Notes under the pieces: model-generated
The model's input: only the letters and a program-made list of their open reading frames with translations
Told to the model about the DNA's origin: nothing
Databases searched by the model: none
Program-made: the position numbers and the translations under genes
In this document: one piece after another, positions 51,134 to 61,277 of the stretch
Position numbering within the stretch: the stretch's first letter is position 1
How the letters are laid out: each line of letters opens with the position of its first letter
NCBI GenBank assembly: GCA_963727525.1
Contig: CAVSGO010000007.1
Span: 832,001 to 896,000, forward strand
Length of the DNA stretch: 64,000 nucleotides
Source of the DNA: an uncultured bacterium
GTDB lineage: Bacteria > Krumholzibacteriota > Krumholzibacteriia > LZORAL124-64-63
Reading direction: 5' to 3'

Positions 51134-53059
51134 ATGGGTGCACTCCTTCCCGGGATCCGCCAGCCGCGAGATCTCCGGCGCCTGTCGCCGGATGAGCTCA
51201 CGCAGCTCTGTGCGGAGCTGCGGGAGGAGATCATCACCACCGTCGCCCGCACGGGTGGCCACCTAGGGGCGAGCCTCGGAGTCGTCGAACTGACGGTGGC
51301 TCTGCACCGCGTCTACGATTCGCCGCACGATAAGATCGTCTGGGACGTGGGGCATCAGGCCTACGGCCACAAGCTGCTCACCGGGCGCCAGGAGCGCTTC
51401 GGCACGCTGCGCCGCAAGGATGGTCTGGCGGGTTTCCCCAAGCGATCGGAGAGCGAGCACGACATGTTCGGCGTCGGGCATGCCAGCACGGCCGTGAGCG
51501 CCGCGCTCGGCTATGCTCGCGCCCGTGACGCCCTCGGCGAGAAACACCACGTGATCGCCGTGGTCGGCGATGGTGCGCTCACCGGCGGACTCGCCTTCGA
51601 GGGGCTGAACAACGCGGGGCAGGCGCAGACCGACCTCACCGTCATCCTCAACGACAACCGGATGAGCATCTCGCCTAACGTGGGCGCCCTGTCACGCTAC
51701 CTCACGCTCATCACCAGCGACCGCTACTACCGCCGATTCGAGGCAGATCTCTGGAATCTCCTGGGCATGGTGCCGCATGGCAGCACGGCGCAGGCTCTGG
51801 CCGGACGTATCAAGGAAGGTCTGAAGAACCTCATCGTCCCGACGATCCTCTTCGAGGACATGGGCTTCCAGTACTACGGCCCGATCGATGGCCACGACCT
51901 GCCCACCCTGATCCGCACCCTCGAGTCGATACGCCGCATCCGCGGCCCCGTGCTCGTGCACACGGTCACGGAAAAGGGCAAGGGGTACCGATTCGCCGAG
52001 CGCGACGACCAGCGCTACCACGGCGTCGGCAAATTCGACAAGGAAGAGGGCATCAAGGTCGTACCGCCGCGGATCCCGAGCTACACCCAGGTTTTCGGTG
52101 AGACCCTGGCCTCTCTCGCCCAGAGCGATACGCGTATCCAGGCCATCACGGCGGCGATGCCGTCGGGCACCGGCGTCAATAAGATGCAGCGAGTGCTGCC
52201 CGATCGCGCGTTCGATGTCGGCATCGCCGAGCAGCACGCCGTGACGTTCGCGGCCGGTCTCGCCTGCCGCGGGTTGCGCCCGGTGGTGGCGATCTACTCG
52301 ACGTTCCTGCAGCGCGCCCTCGACCAGATCATCCACGATGTCGCGTTGCAGCATTTGCCGGTGATCTTCTGCGTCGACCGCGCGGGTGTCGTGGGCGAGG
52401 ACGGACCGACCCATCACGGCGTCTTCGATCTCACGTATCTGCGTATGGTGCCGGGCATGGTCGTGATGGCCCCGAAGGACGAGAACGAGCTGCGCCACAT
52501 GCTCGCCACGGCGCTGGCGTACGACGACGGGCCTTGCGCCATCCGTTACCCGCGCGGCGCCGGGCTGGGTGTCGCGTGCGACGAGCCGCCGACACCATTG
52601 CCGCTGGGGCGCGCCGAGGTGCTGAGCGAGGGCGAGGACCTCTGCTTCCTCGCGCTCGGATCCCTCGTGGAACCGGCCCGGGAGGCGGCGGCCCTGCTGG
52701 CCCGCCAGGGCGTGCGCGCCGAGGTCGTGAACATGCGCTTCGTGAAGCCACTCGATGACGCGCTCCTCGCCGACGTCTGGCGGCGCCACCGCCTCGTGGT
52801 GACGCTCGAGGAGAACGCGCTGGCCGGAGGGTTCGGTGCGGCGGTGCTCGAGTGGGCGTCGCAGGAGACCCAGGTGTCCGGCCACGAGGCGGCCGAGCCG
52901 CGGGTAGTCCGCCTCGGCATTCCCGACGCGTTCCAGGACCAGGCCACGCGCGCCGAACTGCTTGCGGACCTGGGCCTCGACGCGGATGGGATCGCGGCAC
53001 GCGCCCTCGCAGCGTGGCAGCAACGCCACGCACGGGCCGACACGCAGGACGCCTGCTGA
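51134..53059 (+). CDS. dxs: 1-deoxy-D-xylulose-5-phosphate synthase
   Basis: GGHLGASLGVVELT, WDVGHQAY.HK, GDGALTGG, DVGIAEQHAV, DRAG.VGEDGPTH. Confidence 0.97.
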   Translation: MGALLPGIRQPRDLRRLSPDELTQLCAELREEIITTVARTGGHLGASLGVVELTVALHRVYDSPHDKIVWDVGHQAYGHKLLTGRQERFGTLRRKDGLAGFPKRSESEHDMFGVGHASTAVSAALGYARARDALGEKHHVIAVVGDGALTGGLAFEGLNNAGQAQTDLTVILNDNRMSISPNVGALSRYLTLITSDRYYRRFEADLWNLLGMVPHGSTAQALAGRIKEGLKNLIVPTILFEDMGFQYYGPIDGHDLPTLIRTLESIRRIRGPVLVHTVTEKGKGYRFAERDDQRYHGVGKFDKEEGIKVVPPRIPSYTQVFGETLASLAQSDTRIQAITAAMPSGTGVNKMQRVLPDRAFDVGIAEQHAVTFAAGLACRGLRPVVAIYSTFLQRALDQIIHDVALQHLPVIFCVDRAGVVGEDGPTHHGVFDLTYLRMVPGMVVMAPKDENELRHMLATALAYDDGPCAIRYPRGAGLGVACDEPPTPLPLGRAEVLSEGEDLCFLALGSLVEPAREAAALLARQGVRAEVVNMRFVKPLDDALLADVWRRHRLVVTLEENALAGGFGAAVLEWASQETQVSGHEAAEPRVVRLGIPDAFQDQATRAELLADLGLDADGIAARALAAWQQRHARADTQDAC

Positions 53060-53078
53060 GAGGCGGAGGCAGGACGCG

Positions 53079-54047
53079 GTGACACCCCCCGGCGCGATCT
53101 CCAGTCTCGGACTATTCGGCAATCCGCACCGCGAGGACCTGGCGGCGGCGCTGCGCGCCATCCGCATGATCTGCGAAGAATCCGGTGTCACGCTGTATTA
53201 CGCGCGCGACCTCGTGGAGCACCTGGGCGAAACGCGGGTGACCGGACTGACGGCTGCCGAGCTGGTGGCGCGATCGGACATGATCATCGCCCTCGGGGGC
53301 GACGGCACGATGCTGCGCGCGGCGCGGGTCATCGGCGCGAGCGGGGTACCGCTGCTCGGCATCAATCTGGGTTCCCTGGGCTACCTCACCGACGTGCCGG
53401 TGCCGGAGTTGCCGCAAGCGTTGCGCCGGGTGCTCACCGGCGACTTCCACGTGGAGAAGCGTGCCCGCGTGGGTTGCGTGGTCTGGCGTGGCGCGCGGGT
53501 CGTGGTGGAAGACTCGGGGTTCAACGATGTAGTCGTCAACATGGGACCGCTGCCGCGCACGCTGGATCTCGAGCTACGTCTCGACGGCATCTCGCTGGGG
53601 CGCTTCCTCGGCGACGGCATCATCTTCGCGACTGCGACGGGCTCCACGGCCTACAGCCTGTCGGCGGGCGGCACGATCTGCCAGCCGCATCTGCCGGGGT
53701 TGCTCGTCACGCCGATCTGCCCGCACAGCCTGGGCGTGCGGCCGCTCATCCTCGGCGATGACGTGGATATCGAGCTGGTCCTGCACGATGTGGGCAATGG
53801 TGCCACGCTCACGGCAGACGGCCAGGTTTCGACGCCTCTGGTGACCGGCGATCGCGTGACGTGTCGCCTCACACCGCCGGTGGTGAACCTGATCAAGTTT
53901 CCCCAGAGCAACTTCTTCCGCGTGCTGCGGCATAAGTTGAACTGGGGTGCGCACCCGCGCGTGCGTCGCAGCAGCCGGCGCCACGATCCTGGAAATGTCG
54001 GTCCCGACGCCGGCGATCCCGACAGCGGCCCCGCGGACGGTGGCTGA
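53079..54047 (+). CDS. nadK: NAD kinase
   Basis: LGGDGTML, GINLGSLGYLT, NDVV, ATATGSTAYSLSAGG, TPICPHSL. Confidence 0.94.
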   Translation: MTPPGAISSLGLFGNPHREDLAAALRAIRMICEESGVTLYYARDLVEHLGETRVTGLTAAELVARSDMIIALGGDGTMLRAARVIGASGVPLLGINLGSLGYLTDVPVPELPQALRRVLTGDFHVEKRARVGCVVWRGARVVVEDSGFNDVVVNMGPLPRTLDLELRLDGISLGRFLGDGIIFATATGSTAYSLSAGGTICQPHLPGLLVTPICPHSLGVRPLILGDDVDIELVLHDVGNGATLTADGQVSTPLVTGDRVTCRLTPPVVNLIKFPQSNFFRVLRHKLNWGAHPRVRRSSRRHDPGNVGPDAGDPDSGPADGG

Positions 54048-55783
54048 TGCTACTCGAGATGCGGATCGGCAATCTCGCGCTCGCCGCAGACGTCTCGTTG
54101 CCCCTCGGACCGGGCTTCACCGTGATCACCGGCGAGACGGGAGCCGGCAAGTCGATGATCGCCGGTGCGCTCGGGCTGCTGGGTGGCGGCAAGGGTGATC
54201 GCGAACTGGTGCGCAGTGGCGAGGAGCTGGCCTACGTCGAGGGAGTCTTCGACCTGTCCGGGCAGCCGACGGTGCGCGCGGCGTCCGTCCGGCTGGGGTT
54301 GCCCATCGGCGACGACGACCTGCTCGTCATTCGGCGTGAGCTGCGACGGGAAGGCCGCAGCCGCGTCCTGATCAATGGCCTGGTCTCGTCGCTGGCGGTG
54401 CTGGAGCGGCTGGGACCGTCCCTGCTCGCCGTGCAGAGCCAGGATCAGCAGCGCGAGTTGAGTACGAGCGATTACCCGCGTGAACTTCTCGACGAGGCGC
54501 TGGCGCTGGGGGAGCGGCGCGGCCGGGTCGCGACGGCCCTGACGGCTCTGCGCGAGGCGGCCGATCGCCTGCACGCCCGCGAGCAGGAAATCGCGCTGGC
54601 CCGGGAGCAGCTCGACCTCTGGCGGTACCAGCATGACGAACTCCGCGCCGCGGCGCTGCGGGATGACGAGTTGCCGGAGCTGAGCAGCCAGATCGCGATG
54701 AAGCGACACGCCCACGCGTTGCAGGATGCCGCAGCGGTGGCGCTCGAGCATCTCGCCGAGGGGGAAGCCCCCGCGTGCACGTCCCTGGGAGCGGCTCAAG
54801 CCGCACTGACGCCGCATGCGGACAAGAGTGCGCGGCTCGCCGACGCCCTCGCGAGCCTCGCGATCGCGGCCGACCAGGCGGCCGACGCAGCCCACGCGCT
54901 GAGCCGGTTTCTCGACCAGATCGACCTCGACCCGCGCGGACTCGACGAGCTGGAATCGCGCAAGGCCCTGTACGAGGATTTGCAGCGCAAGTACCGCCAA
55001 GATGTCGCCGGGCTGGTCGCGCTGGCGGAACGCCTCGCCGAGCGCATCGGGCGCCAGGAGCGGGCCACAGCCGATGTCGACGCGCTGCAGGCCGAGGTCG
55101 CGCGTTGCCGCACGGCGCTGGCGACAGCTACGGCCGATCTGCGGTCCGCGCGGGAATCCGGGGCGGCGCGCGTGGCGAAGCAGGCGCTCGCGATCATTCG
55201 GCCGCTGGCCCTGCCAAACCTCGAGCTGGATTTCCGCGTCTCCGCGACGCGCGATCCGGGGGGCGAGGTGACGCTGGACGGTCAAGTATGCCGTGTCGAG
55301 AGCCATGGCGCCGACCGCGTGGAACTGATCGCCCGCACGAACCCGGGGGAGTCGCGCGGACCCGTCGGGTCGTTGGCCTCAGGCGGCGAGCGCAGCCGGA
55401 TCCACCTGGGCCTGACGGTGCTGCTCCAGGGCGAGGGCGATGGTCCGCCGGTGCGCCTGTTCGACGAGGTTGACGCGGGGCTCGGCATGGATGCGGCCGC
55501 GCCGGTGGCATTGCTACTACGGCAGCTCGCGCGCCGATCGCAGGTGCTGTGCATCACGCATCTGCCGACCATGGCCGTCCACGCGGACCAGCATGTCGTG
55601 GTGACCAAGCGCGTGTCCGCGGGGCGGACGTCGCTGCAGGTTCGGGTGCTCACGCCCGCCGAACGCGTGGGAGAGATCGCACGCCTGCTGGGGGGCGAGG
55701 GGTACGGGGGGGACGACCATCAGGCGCAACTTGCCTACGCCCAGGAACTTCTTGCGGCCGGCGGTGCGACGGCCGGTGCTTGA
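54047..55783 (+). CDS. recN: DNA repair protein RecN
   Basis: TGETGAGKS, ASGGERSR, FDEVDAG, QVLCITHLP, EIARLLGG. Confidence 0.94.
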   Translation: MLLEMRIGNLALAADVSLPLGPGFTVITGETGAGKSMIAGALGLLGGGKGDRELVRSGEELAYVEGVFDLSGQPTVRAASVRLGLPIGDDDLLVIRRELRREGRSRVLINGLVSSLAVLERLGPSLLAVQSQDQQRELSTSDYPRELLDEALALGERRGRVATALTALREAADRLHAREQEIALAREQLDLWRYQHDELRAAALRDDELPELSSQIAMKRHAHALQDAAAVALEHLAEGEAPACTSLGAAQAALTPHADKSARLADALASLAIAADQAADAAHALSRFLDQIDLDPRGLDELESRKALYEDLQRKYRQDVAGLVALAERLAERIGRQERATADVDALQAEVARCRTALATATADLRSARESGAARVAKQALAIIRPLALPNLELDFRVSATRDPGGEVTLDGQVCRVESHGADRVELIARTNPGESRGPVGSLASGGERSRIHLGLTVLLQGEGDGPPVRLFDEVDAGLGMDAAAPVALLLRQLARRSQVLCITHLPTMAVHADQHVVVTKRVSAGRTSLQVRVLTPAERVGEIARLLGGEGYGGDDHQAQLAYAQELLAAGGATAGA

Positions 55784-55839
55784 CAGTCCGGGCGGATCGA
55801 GTAAGTTTGGCGTCGTTCCGCTGTGATCGCTGCCATCGG

Positions 55840-55916
55840 GCGCCCGTAGCTCAGCTGGATAGAGCGCATGCCTCCGGAGCATGAGGCCACAGGTTCGAAT
55901 CCTGTCGGGCGCACCA
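55840..55916 (+). tRNA. tRNA-Arg(CCG)
   Basis: CATGC-CTCCGGA-GCATG anticodon arm; CCA end; TTGACA..TAAGTT promoter at 55780-55807. Confidence 0.97.
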
Positions 55917-55997
55917 CTCGCCGTTTGACCTTGCCTGTTCCTGCAAGCGCGACTAAGTTAGCGGGGCCCTGGAACCCGGCGTAACCGTTTACCCTGT

Positions 55998-56252
55998 ATG
56001 CACATGTTCTGGCGCCTGCTACTCTTGCTGTTCACGGTGTTCTGGTTCGTGCCGCGCGTGTTGCGCGGACTCACCGGAAAGCGTGGGGGTATGCCCCCAC
56101 GCTCGGGCAGCAAGGAGCATGGCCCGGAGAGGTCCGGCCGCCGTAGCGGCGGCCAACACGAGTCCGGCCAGAACGGGTCCGGTCATCTGGCGAACCTGAC
56201 GCGGCAGGATATCAGCGATGCCGAATTCGAGGAAATCCCGCCACCGCAGTGA
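55998..56252 (+). CDS. Small hypothetical membrane-anchored protein
   Basis: N-terminal hydrophobic helix, disordered linker, C-terminal DISDAEFEEI. Confidence 0.55.
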   Translation: MHMFWRLLLLLFTVFWFVPRVLRGLTGKRGGMPPRSGSKEHGPERSGRRSGGQHESGQNGSGHLANLTRQDISDAEFEEIPPPQ

Positions 56253-56307
56253 CGTCTTCCGCCCTCGGTTCGAATGGGCCGGCTCGGAGGCCACTCCGGT
56301 CCGGCAT

Positions 56308-56604
56308 TTGCAGCGTGCCAAGGAGGAGCGGATCGGAGCCGCCATCCAGCTCGTCCTGCTCGTCGGTTTCGTGGTGGCTCTCGGCCTCCTGGCCCGCTCC
56401 ATGTTTCATCTCTTCGCCACCCACGGCGCGGATCTCAATCCCACGTTCCGGTGGGTATGTCTGGCGGGTATCGGGCTGGTGATCGCGTTCACCATTCGCC
56501 GCATCTGGCTCAAGGTGAACGACCTGCGTGAGCTCTTGCAAGAAATACATGAACTCGAGGATTGCGTCCGCGACCTGCGTTTGCAATTGCGGCGGCGCGA
56601 CTGA
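56308..56604 (+). CDS. Small hypothetical 2-TM protein with coiled-coil tail (start uncertain)
   Basis: Two hydrophobic helices, then LRELLQEIHELEDCVRDLR; fills the gap before the dehydrogenase. Confidence 0.5.
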   Translation: MQRAKEERIGAAIQLVLLVGFVVALGLLARSMFHLFATHGADLNPTFRWVCLAGIGLVIAFTIRRIWLKVNDLRELLQEIHELEDCVRDLRLQLRRRD

Positions 56605-56624
56605 CATTCGCGAAAGGAACCAAC

Positions 56625-57920
56625 GTGGCTGACCTCAAGAAGAAGTTGACCGAGCACACCGGACACCTGGGCGTGATCGGACTCGGATACGTGGGGTTGC
56701 CGCTGGCCGTGTCCATGGCCAAGGCCGGTTTCCAGGTGACGGGATTCGAGCTGTCGGAGACGAAGGTCGCCGCCATCAATGCGGGCGAGAGCTACATCAT
56801 CGACGTCAGCAGTGCCGACGTGAAGGAACTGGTCGCCGCGGGGCGCCTGCGTGCGACCACGGACATGGCCGCGCTGGCAGCGGTCGACTCGGTGAACATC
56901 TGCGTGCCGACGCCGCTGGGCAAGACGCGCGATCCGGATATCTCCTACATCCAGGCCGCGGTCGATGCCATCGCGCCCAACATGCACGACGACATGCTCA
57001 TCATCCTCGAGAGCACCACCTATCCCGGGACCACCGAGGAGGTGATCGTGCCACGGCTCGCGGTCGATGGACGTACCGTCGGCGAGAACCTCTTCGTCGC
57101 ATTCTCGCCCGAGCGGGTCGATCCAGGTAACCCGGTGTACCGGACGGTGAATATTCCCAAGGTCGTCGGTGGCGTGACGCCGGCCTGCACGGACATGGCC
57201 GCGACGTTGTACGCGCAGTTCATGGACAGGGTCGTGCCGGTGTCCTCGGTGCGCGTGGCCGAGACCGTGAAGCTCCTCGAGAATACCTTCCGCAGCGTGA
57301 ACATCGGCCTCGTGAACGAGATGGCCCTGATGTGCAGCGCAATGGACATCGACGTGTGGGAAGTCATTGCCGGCGCGTCGACGAAACCCTTCGGCTTCAT
57401 GCCCTTCTACCCGGGGCCTGGCCTCGGTGGCCACTGCATTCCGATCGATCCCTTCTATCTGTCGTGGAAAGCCCGCCAGGCTGGCTTCGAAGCGCGGTTC
57501 ATCGAGCTGGCCGGGCAGGTCAACGGCTTCATGCCGAAGCACGTGGTGTCCCTGGTGAGCAAGGCGCTCAACGCGCGGCGCAAGCCGATCAACGGCAGCC
57601 GGATCCTCGTGATCGGCGTGGCCTACAAGTCCGGCATCGACGACGTGCGCGAATCGCCGGCCCTGGACATCATCGAGATGCTGCAGAAGGAGGGTGGCGA
57701 GGTCGCGTGGCACGACCCGTTCGTGCCCGCGCTGGTCGGTGTCGCGGCCGAGAAGGTGGCCACGATCGACGCGCAGTGCCTCGCCGCGTTCGACGTGGCC
57801 GTGATCGTGACGAATCACAAGCAGGTCGACTACGATCTGCTGCTCGCGTCGTGCCCCGCGGTGGTGGACACGCGCAACGCCCTGCAGGGCCGCACCGCCG
57901 ACCACCTGTTCCGCCTCTAG
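56625..57920 (+). CDS. Nucleotide-sugar dehydrogenase (WbpA/WecC-like)
   Basis: GLGYVGLPLA, ICVPTPL, ESTTYPGTT, FSPERVDPG, GGHCIP.DP. Confidence 0.93.
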   Translation: MADLKKKLTEHTGHLGVIGLGYVGLPLAVSMAKAGFQVTGFELSETKVAAINAGESYIIDVSSADVKELVAAGRLRATTDMAALAAVDSVNICVPTPLGKTRDPDISYIQAAVDAIAPNMHDDMLIILESTTYPGTTEEVIVPRLAVDGRTVGENLFVAFSPERVDPGNPVYRTVNIPKVVGGVTPACTDMAATLYAQFMDRVVPVSSVRVAETVKLLENTFRSVNIGLVNEMALMCSAMDIDVWEVIAGASTKPFGFMPFYPGPGLGGHCIPIDPFYLSWKARQAGFEARFIELAGQVNGFMPKHVVSLVSKALNARRKPINGSRILVIGVAYKSGIDDVRESPALDIIEMLQKEGGEVAWHDPFVPALVGVAAEKVATIDAQCLAAFDVAVIVTNHKQVDYDLLLASCPAVVDTRNALQGRTADHLFRL

Positions 57921-57967
57921 GCTTGACCTGACGCGTCGCGGAAGCGGCGCGAGGAAGGACGACACGC

Positions 57968-58915
57968 ATGGCCAAGTACCTGGTAACCGGCGGAGCCGGC
58001 TTCATCGGCTCCCATCTCGCCGAGACCCTGGCCGGCCAGGGGCACGATGTCGTGGTGCTCGACAATCTCCTCACGGGCCACCGGGCGAACCTGGACACGT
58101 TTCGCGACGCGGTCACGTTCGTCGAGGGCAGCATCACGGATGCCGATACCCTGAGGCGCTGCTGCGAGGGGGTCGACGCCATCTTCCATCAGGCGGCGCT
58201 GGCGTCGGTGCCGCGCAGCGTCGATGATCCGCTGGCGAGCAACGAGCACAACGTGACCGGCTCGCTGAACGTGTTCTGGATCGCCCGGGAGATGGGCGTA
58301 CGCCGCGTGGTGTATGCGGCGAGCAGCTCGGCTTACGGCGATACCGAGGAGCTGCCGAAGCGCGAGACGATGCCGGCGAATCCGCTGTCGCCGTACGCGG
58401 TGACCAAATACGTCGGCGAACTCTACGGCAAGGTCTTCACCGGTATCTACGGGCTATCCACGGTGGGCTTGCGCTACTTCAACGTCTTCGGCCCGCGTCA
58501 GGACCCGAAGAGCCAGTACGCGGCGGTGATTCCGCTCTTCATCACGCGCTATCTCGCGGGACGCGCGCCGACGATCCATGGCGACGGCGGCCAGACCCGT
58601 GACTTCACCTTCATTCGCAACGTGGTGGAGGCGAACATCGCGGCGGCCGGTGCCGGCGACGAGGCCAGCGGCAAGGTGGTGAACATCGCTTGCGGCGACC
58701 GCGTCTCGGTGAAGGACCTGTGCCTGAAGATCCGCGATCTCGTGGGCAGCGACCTTGCGCCCGAGCACGAACCACCGCGCGTCGGCGACGTGCGCGATTC
58801 CCAGGCGGATATCACCCAGGCGCGCCGCCTGCTGAATTGGGAGCCGTCGGTGACCCTGGAAGACGGCCTGCAGGTCACCGTGGATTGGTACCGCAAGCAA
58901 GGGGGACAGGGATGA
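57968..58915 (+). CDS. NAD-dependent epimerase (WbpP-like SDR)
   Basis: TGGAGFIGSH, HQAAL.SVPRS, SPYAVTK, RYFNVFGPRQDP.S.YAAVIP. Confidence 0.93.
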   Translation: MAKYLVTGGAGFIGSHLAETLAGQGHDVVVLDNLLTGHRANLDTFRDAVTFVEGSITDADTLRRCCEGVDAIFHQAALASVPRSVDDPLASNEHNVTGSLNVFWIAREMGVRRVVYAASSSAYGDTEELPKRETMPANPLSPYAVTKYVGELYGKVFTGIYGLSTVGLRYFNVFGPRQDPKSQYAAVIPLFITRYLAGRAPTIHGDGGQTRDFTFIRNVVEANIAAAGAGDEASGKVVNIACGDRVSVKDLCLKIRDLVGSDLAPEHEPPRVGDVRDSQADITQARRLLNWEPSVTLEDGLQVTVDWYRKQGGQG

Positions 58916-59898
58916 GTCAGGGACGTCACCTCGCGGCGCGGTGCCTGCTCGTGGTCGCACTCATCATGGTGATGCCGGTGCCAGGCGCACGCGCCCAGAC
59001 GCCGACCGCCACCCAGAACTACCGCATCGGTGTCGGCGACGTGCTTCGGCTCAACGTGCCCGGCGACCAGCGCATCGAGCGCGATCTCACCGTGCAGCCC
59101 GACGGCACCGTGTCCGTGCCGCAGATCGGTGCGGTGGCGATCGGCGGTCTCTCGATCAAGGACGCCCAGGAACTGCTGCGGCAACGGCTGCGCCTCTACA
59201 ATCCGAACGTCGACGCCGTGAACCTCGTGGTCACGCAATACAACGCCCTGCGCGTCTTCGTGCTCGGCGCGGTGACCTCGCCGGGGGCGTACCCGTTCAC
59301 GGCGCCGCCGACGGTGTGGGAGGCCTTGCGCGCGGCGGGCGGGCCGGTCCAGGGCGCCAACCTGTCCGTGGCGCGGATCATCGCGACGCGCGACGGGGAG
59401 CCGTCGTTCCGCACGGTGAACCTTTCGGGCTATCTCAGTGGCGAGACGATGCCGAGCGTGGTGCTCGAGACCGGGGACACGCTCGTCATACCGGCCATCG
59501 CTGACGGGACGGTGGGCGTGGCCGCGAACCAGGGCGTCCAGGTCTTCGGGGGCGTGACCCAACCCACGACAGTGCCGATCGATGAGCCGCTGCCGTTGCT
59601 GTCGGTGCTCATGCTCGCCGGCGCGCCCATGAGCGATGCGGTCCTCAACAAGATCGACTGGGTACACGGCGAAGGGGAGTCGGGTCGGCGTCTCCGCGCC
59701 AAGCGGGTCGACATGACGCAATACCTGGAACACGGGCGACCCGAAGGGAATCCGCTCATCTACCCGGGCGACACCGTCTACCTGCCGCAGCGCCATCCGA
59801 ACTGGTTCGCGAACAACCTGCCGCTGATCCTGACGACGCTCTCGACGGCTGCTACAATCTACCTGGTGTACGATCGGGCCCAGAACAGCAGCAACTGA
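58912..59898 (+). CDS. Polysaccharide export protein (Wza/OPX; Poly_export plus SLBB domains)
   Basis: YRIGVGD.L...V.PDG.VS.P.IG, V.VLGAV.SPG.Y, GD.L.IP, C-terminal helix. Confidence 0.85.
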   Translation: MSQGRHLAARCLLVVALIMVMPVPGARAQTPTATQNYRIGVGDVLRLNVPGDQRIERDLTVQPDGTVSVPQIGAVAIGGLSIKDAQELLRQRLRLYNPNVDAVNLVVTQYNALRVFVLGAVTSPGAYPFTAPPTVWEALRAAGGPVQGANLSVARIIATRDGEPSFRTVNLSGYLSGETMPSVVLETGDTLVIPAIADGTVGVAANQGVQVFGGVTQPTTVPIDEPLPLLSVLMLAGAPMSDAVLNKIDWVHGEGESGRRLRAKRVDMTQYLEHGRPEGNPLIYPGDTVYLPQRHPNWFANNLPLILTTLSTAATIYLVYDRAQNSSN

Positions 59899-60862
59899 CG
59901 GTACGTTCGGCGCCCGCGGCCAGCCGGTCGCGGGCGCCGAGATATACGGCGAGCCCGATGGCGACGGCCAGCCAGAGTGTGCATACGCGCACAACCATGG
60001 TCGCCGCGACCCCCTGCTGAGAACTCATCCCGAGCTGCGCCAGTAGCCAGATCATCGTGGCCTCCGTCCCGCCCAGTCCTCCCGGCAAAAACACCAGCGA
60101 CCCGACGAGGGTGGCCGCGGCGTAGACGAAGATCACCGGCAGCACTCCGACGACGCTATCGAGGTCGCGGCACAGGAGCCAGAGGCTCAGGCTCTCGCAC
60201 GTCCAGGCGACGGTGCTCAGGGTGAGCGACACGACGACGAGACGCGTGCCGAGCAGGCGACTCAGGGCCGCCAGGGCCTCGTCGAGAGCCAGGCGATGGC
60301 GGGCGAGCTGGGGCGCCCGCGTGGCCGTCTGCAACAGGTACTGGCGCAGGCGGCGCGACCGCAGCAGCACGAGCGCCAGCGGCACGGCCAGGGCAACCGC
60401 CAGGCCGGTGCGCAGGCCGGCCACGGGGCCGGGCCAGGCGGCCCAGCCCACGGCCGCGAGCACCAGCACGCCGAGAAAATCGAAGATGCGTTCGACCAGG
60501 ACGATGGGCAGGCCGAGGGCCAGTGGAGCGCCATGTCGCTCGCGCAGCACTCCCGCCTTGAACACCTCGCCGAGCTTGCCCGGCGTGATCACCATCAGGT
60601 ACGTGGCGAAGTAGAGAGCCAGCGAGTCGCGGCGTGGCATGGCGATGCTCAGGCTGTCGAGGTAGATCTGCCAGCGGAGATAGCGTAGCCCGTAGTTTGT
60701 GAGGGACAGCACGACGATCATGATGAGCAGCATGGGGGAGATGCGCCGCAGCTGCCCGACCAGATCGCCCCACCCTGTCCAGATGACTAGGCCGAGGTAC
60801 ACGACGGCAAAGGCGGCCGTCGCCATGAAGACGCGGCTGCAGAGGTTTCGGGTGACGGTCAT
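59852..60862 (-). CDS. UPF0104 / lysylphosphatidylglycerol-synthase TM-domain (flippase-like) protein
   Basis: R.LRW, TPGKLGE..K, ER.FD, PGGLGGTEA, R..TLW. Confidence 0.85.
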   Translation of the reverse strand: MTVTRNLCSRVFMATAAFAVVYLGLVIWTGWGDLVGQLRRISPMLLIMIVVLSLTNYGLRYLRWQIYLDSLSIAMPRRDSLALYFATYLMVITPGKLGEVFKAGVLRERHGAPLALGLPIVLVERIFDFLGVLVLAAVGWAAWPGPVAGLRTGLAVALAVPLALVLLRSRRLRQYLLQTATRAPQLARHRLALDEALAALSRLLGTRLVVVSLTLSTVAWTCESLSLWLLCRDLDSVVGVLPVIFVYAAATLVGSLVFLPGGLGGTEATMIWLLAQLGMSSQQGVAATMVVRVCTLWLAVAIGLAVYLGARDRLAAGAERTVSCCCSGPDRTPGRL

Positions 60863-61131
60863 GCGTCCTTCCTCGGCGGGCAGGATCGGGCAACTCGGGT
60901 CGCCCTGGCAACGATGAATGCGGCCGCTCCGAGCGCGATCATGGCCGCGGGAGTATAGCAGACCCGGCGGCATTTTTGCCTGATCGCACGACAGCACTTG
61001 AGCGGAGGCTCGAATTGCGTCTCATTTTCGACGAATTTATTCGATTTCATCTCTCGATACACGCTTTCTTTATGCAAGGAAGTGTACATGATGAGTATTT
61101 TGTTCATAGGATGGTGGGATAATTTTTAGCC

Positions 61132-61160
61132 TTGTCTTGTCGGGATTCCTATGTTAATCT
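61132..61160 (+). promoter_or_regulatory. Sigma70-type promoter in an AT-rich intergenic region
   Basis: TTGTCT, 17 nt, TAATCT with extended TG. Confidence 0.5.
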
Positions 61161-61277
61161 AATGGCCGCAGGAGCCGGGGGGAAGTGTGATAGGGCTCTG
61201 AGTCGTTGAGCGTTACCGTCGCCGCATTGTGCCAACTGGGAAAAACAGTGGCGTCCAGGTGTAACGAGGAAGATACG

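Noticed and set aside
60966..60980. Possible sigma54 promoter GG-N10-GC
   Set aside because: Poor -24 match (GGCGGC) and far from the downstream gene; a sigma70-type promoter explains it better.
60859..61107. 82-aa minus-strand ORF in the AT-rich region
   Set aside because: Atypical composition, no recognisable motif, and it overlaps promoter-like elements; probably non-coding.
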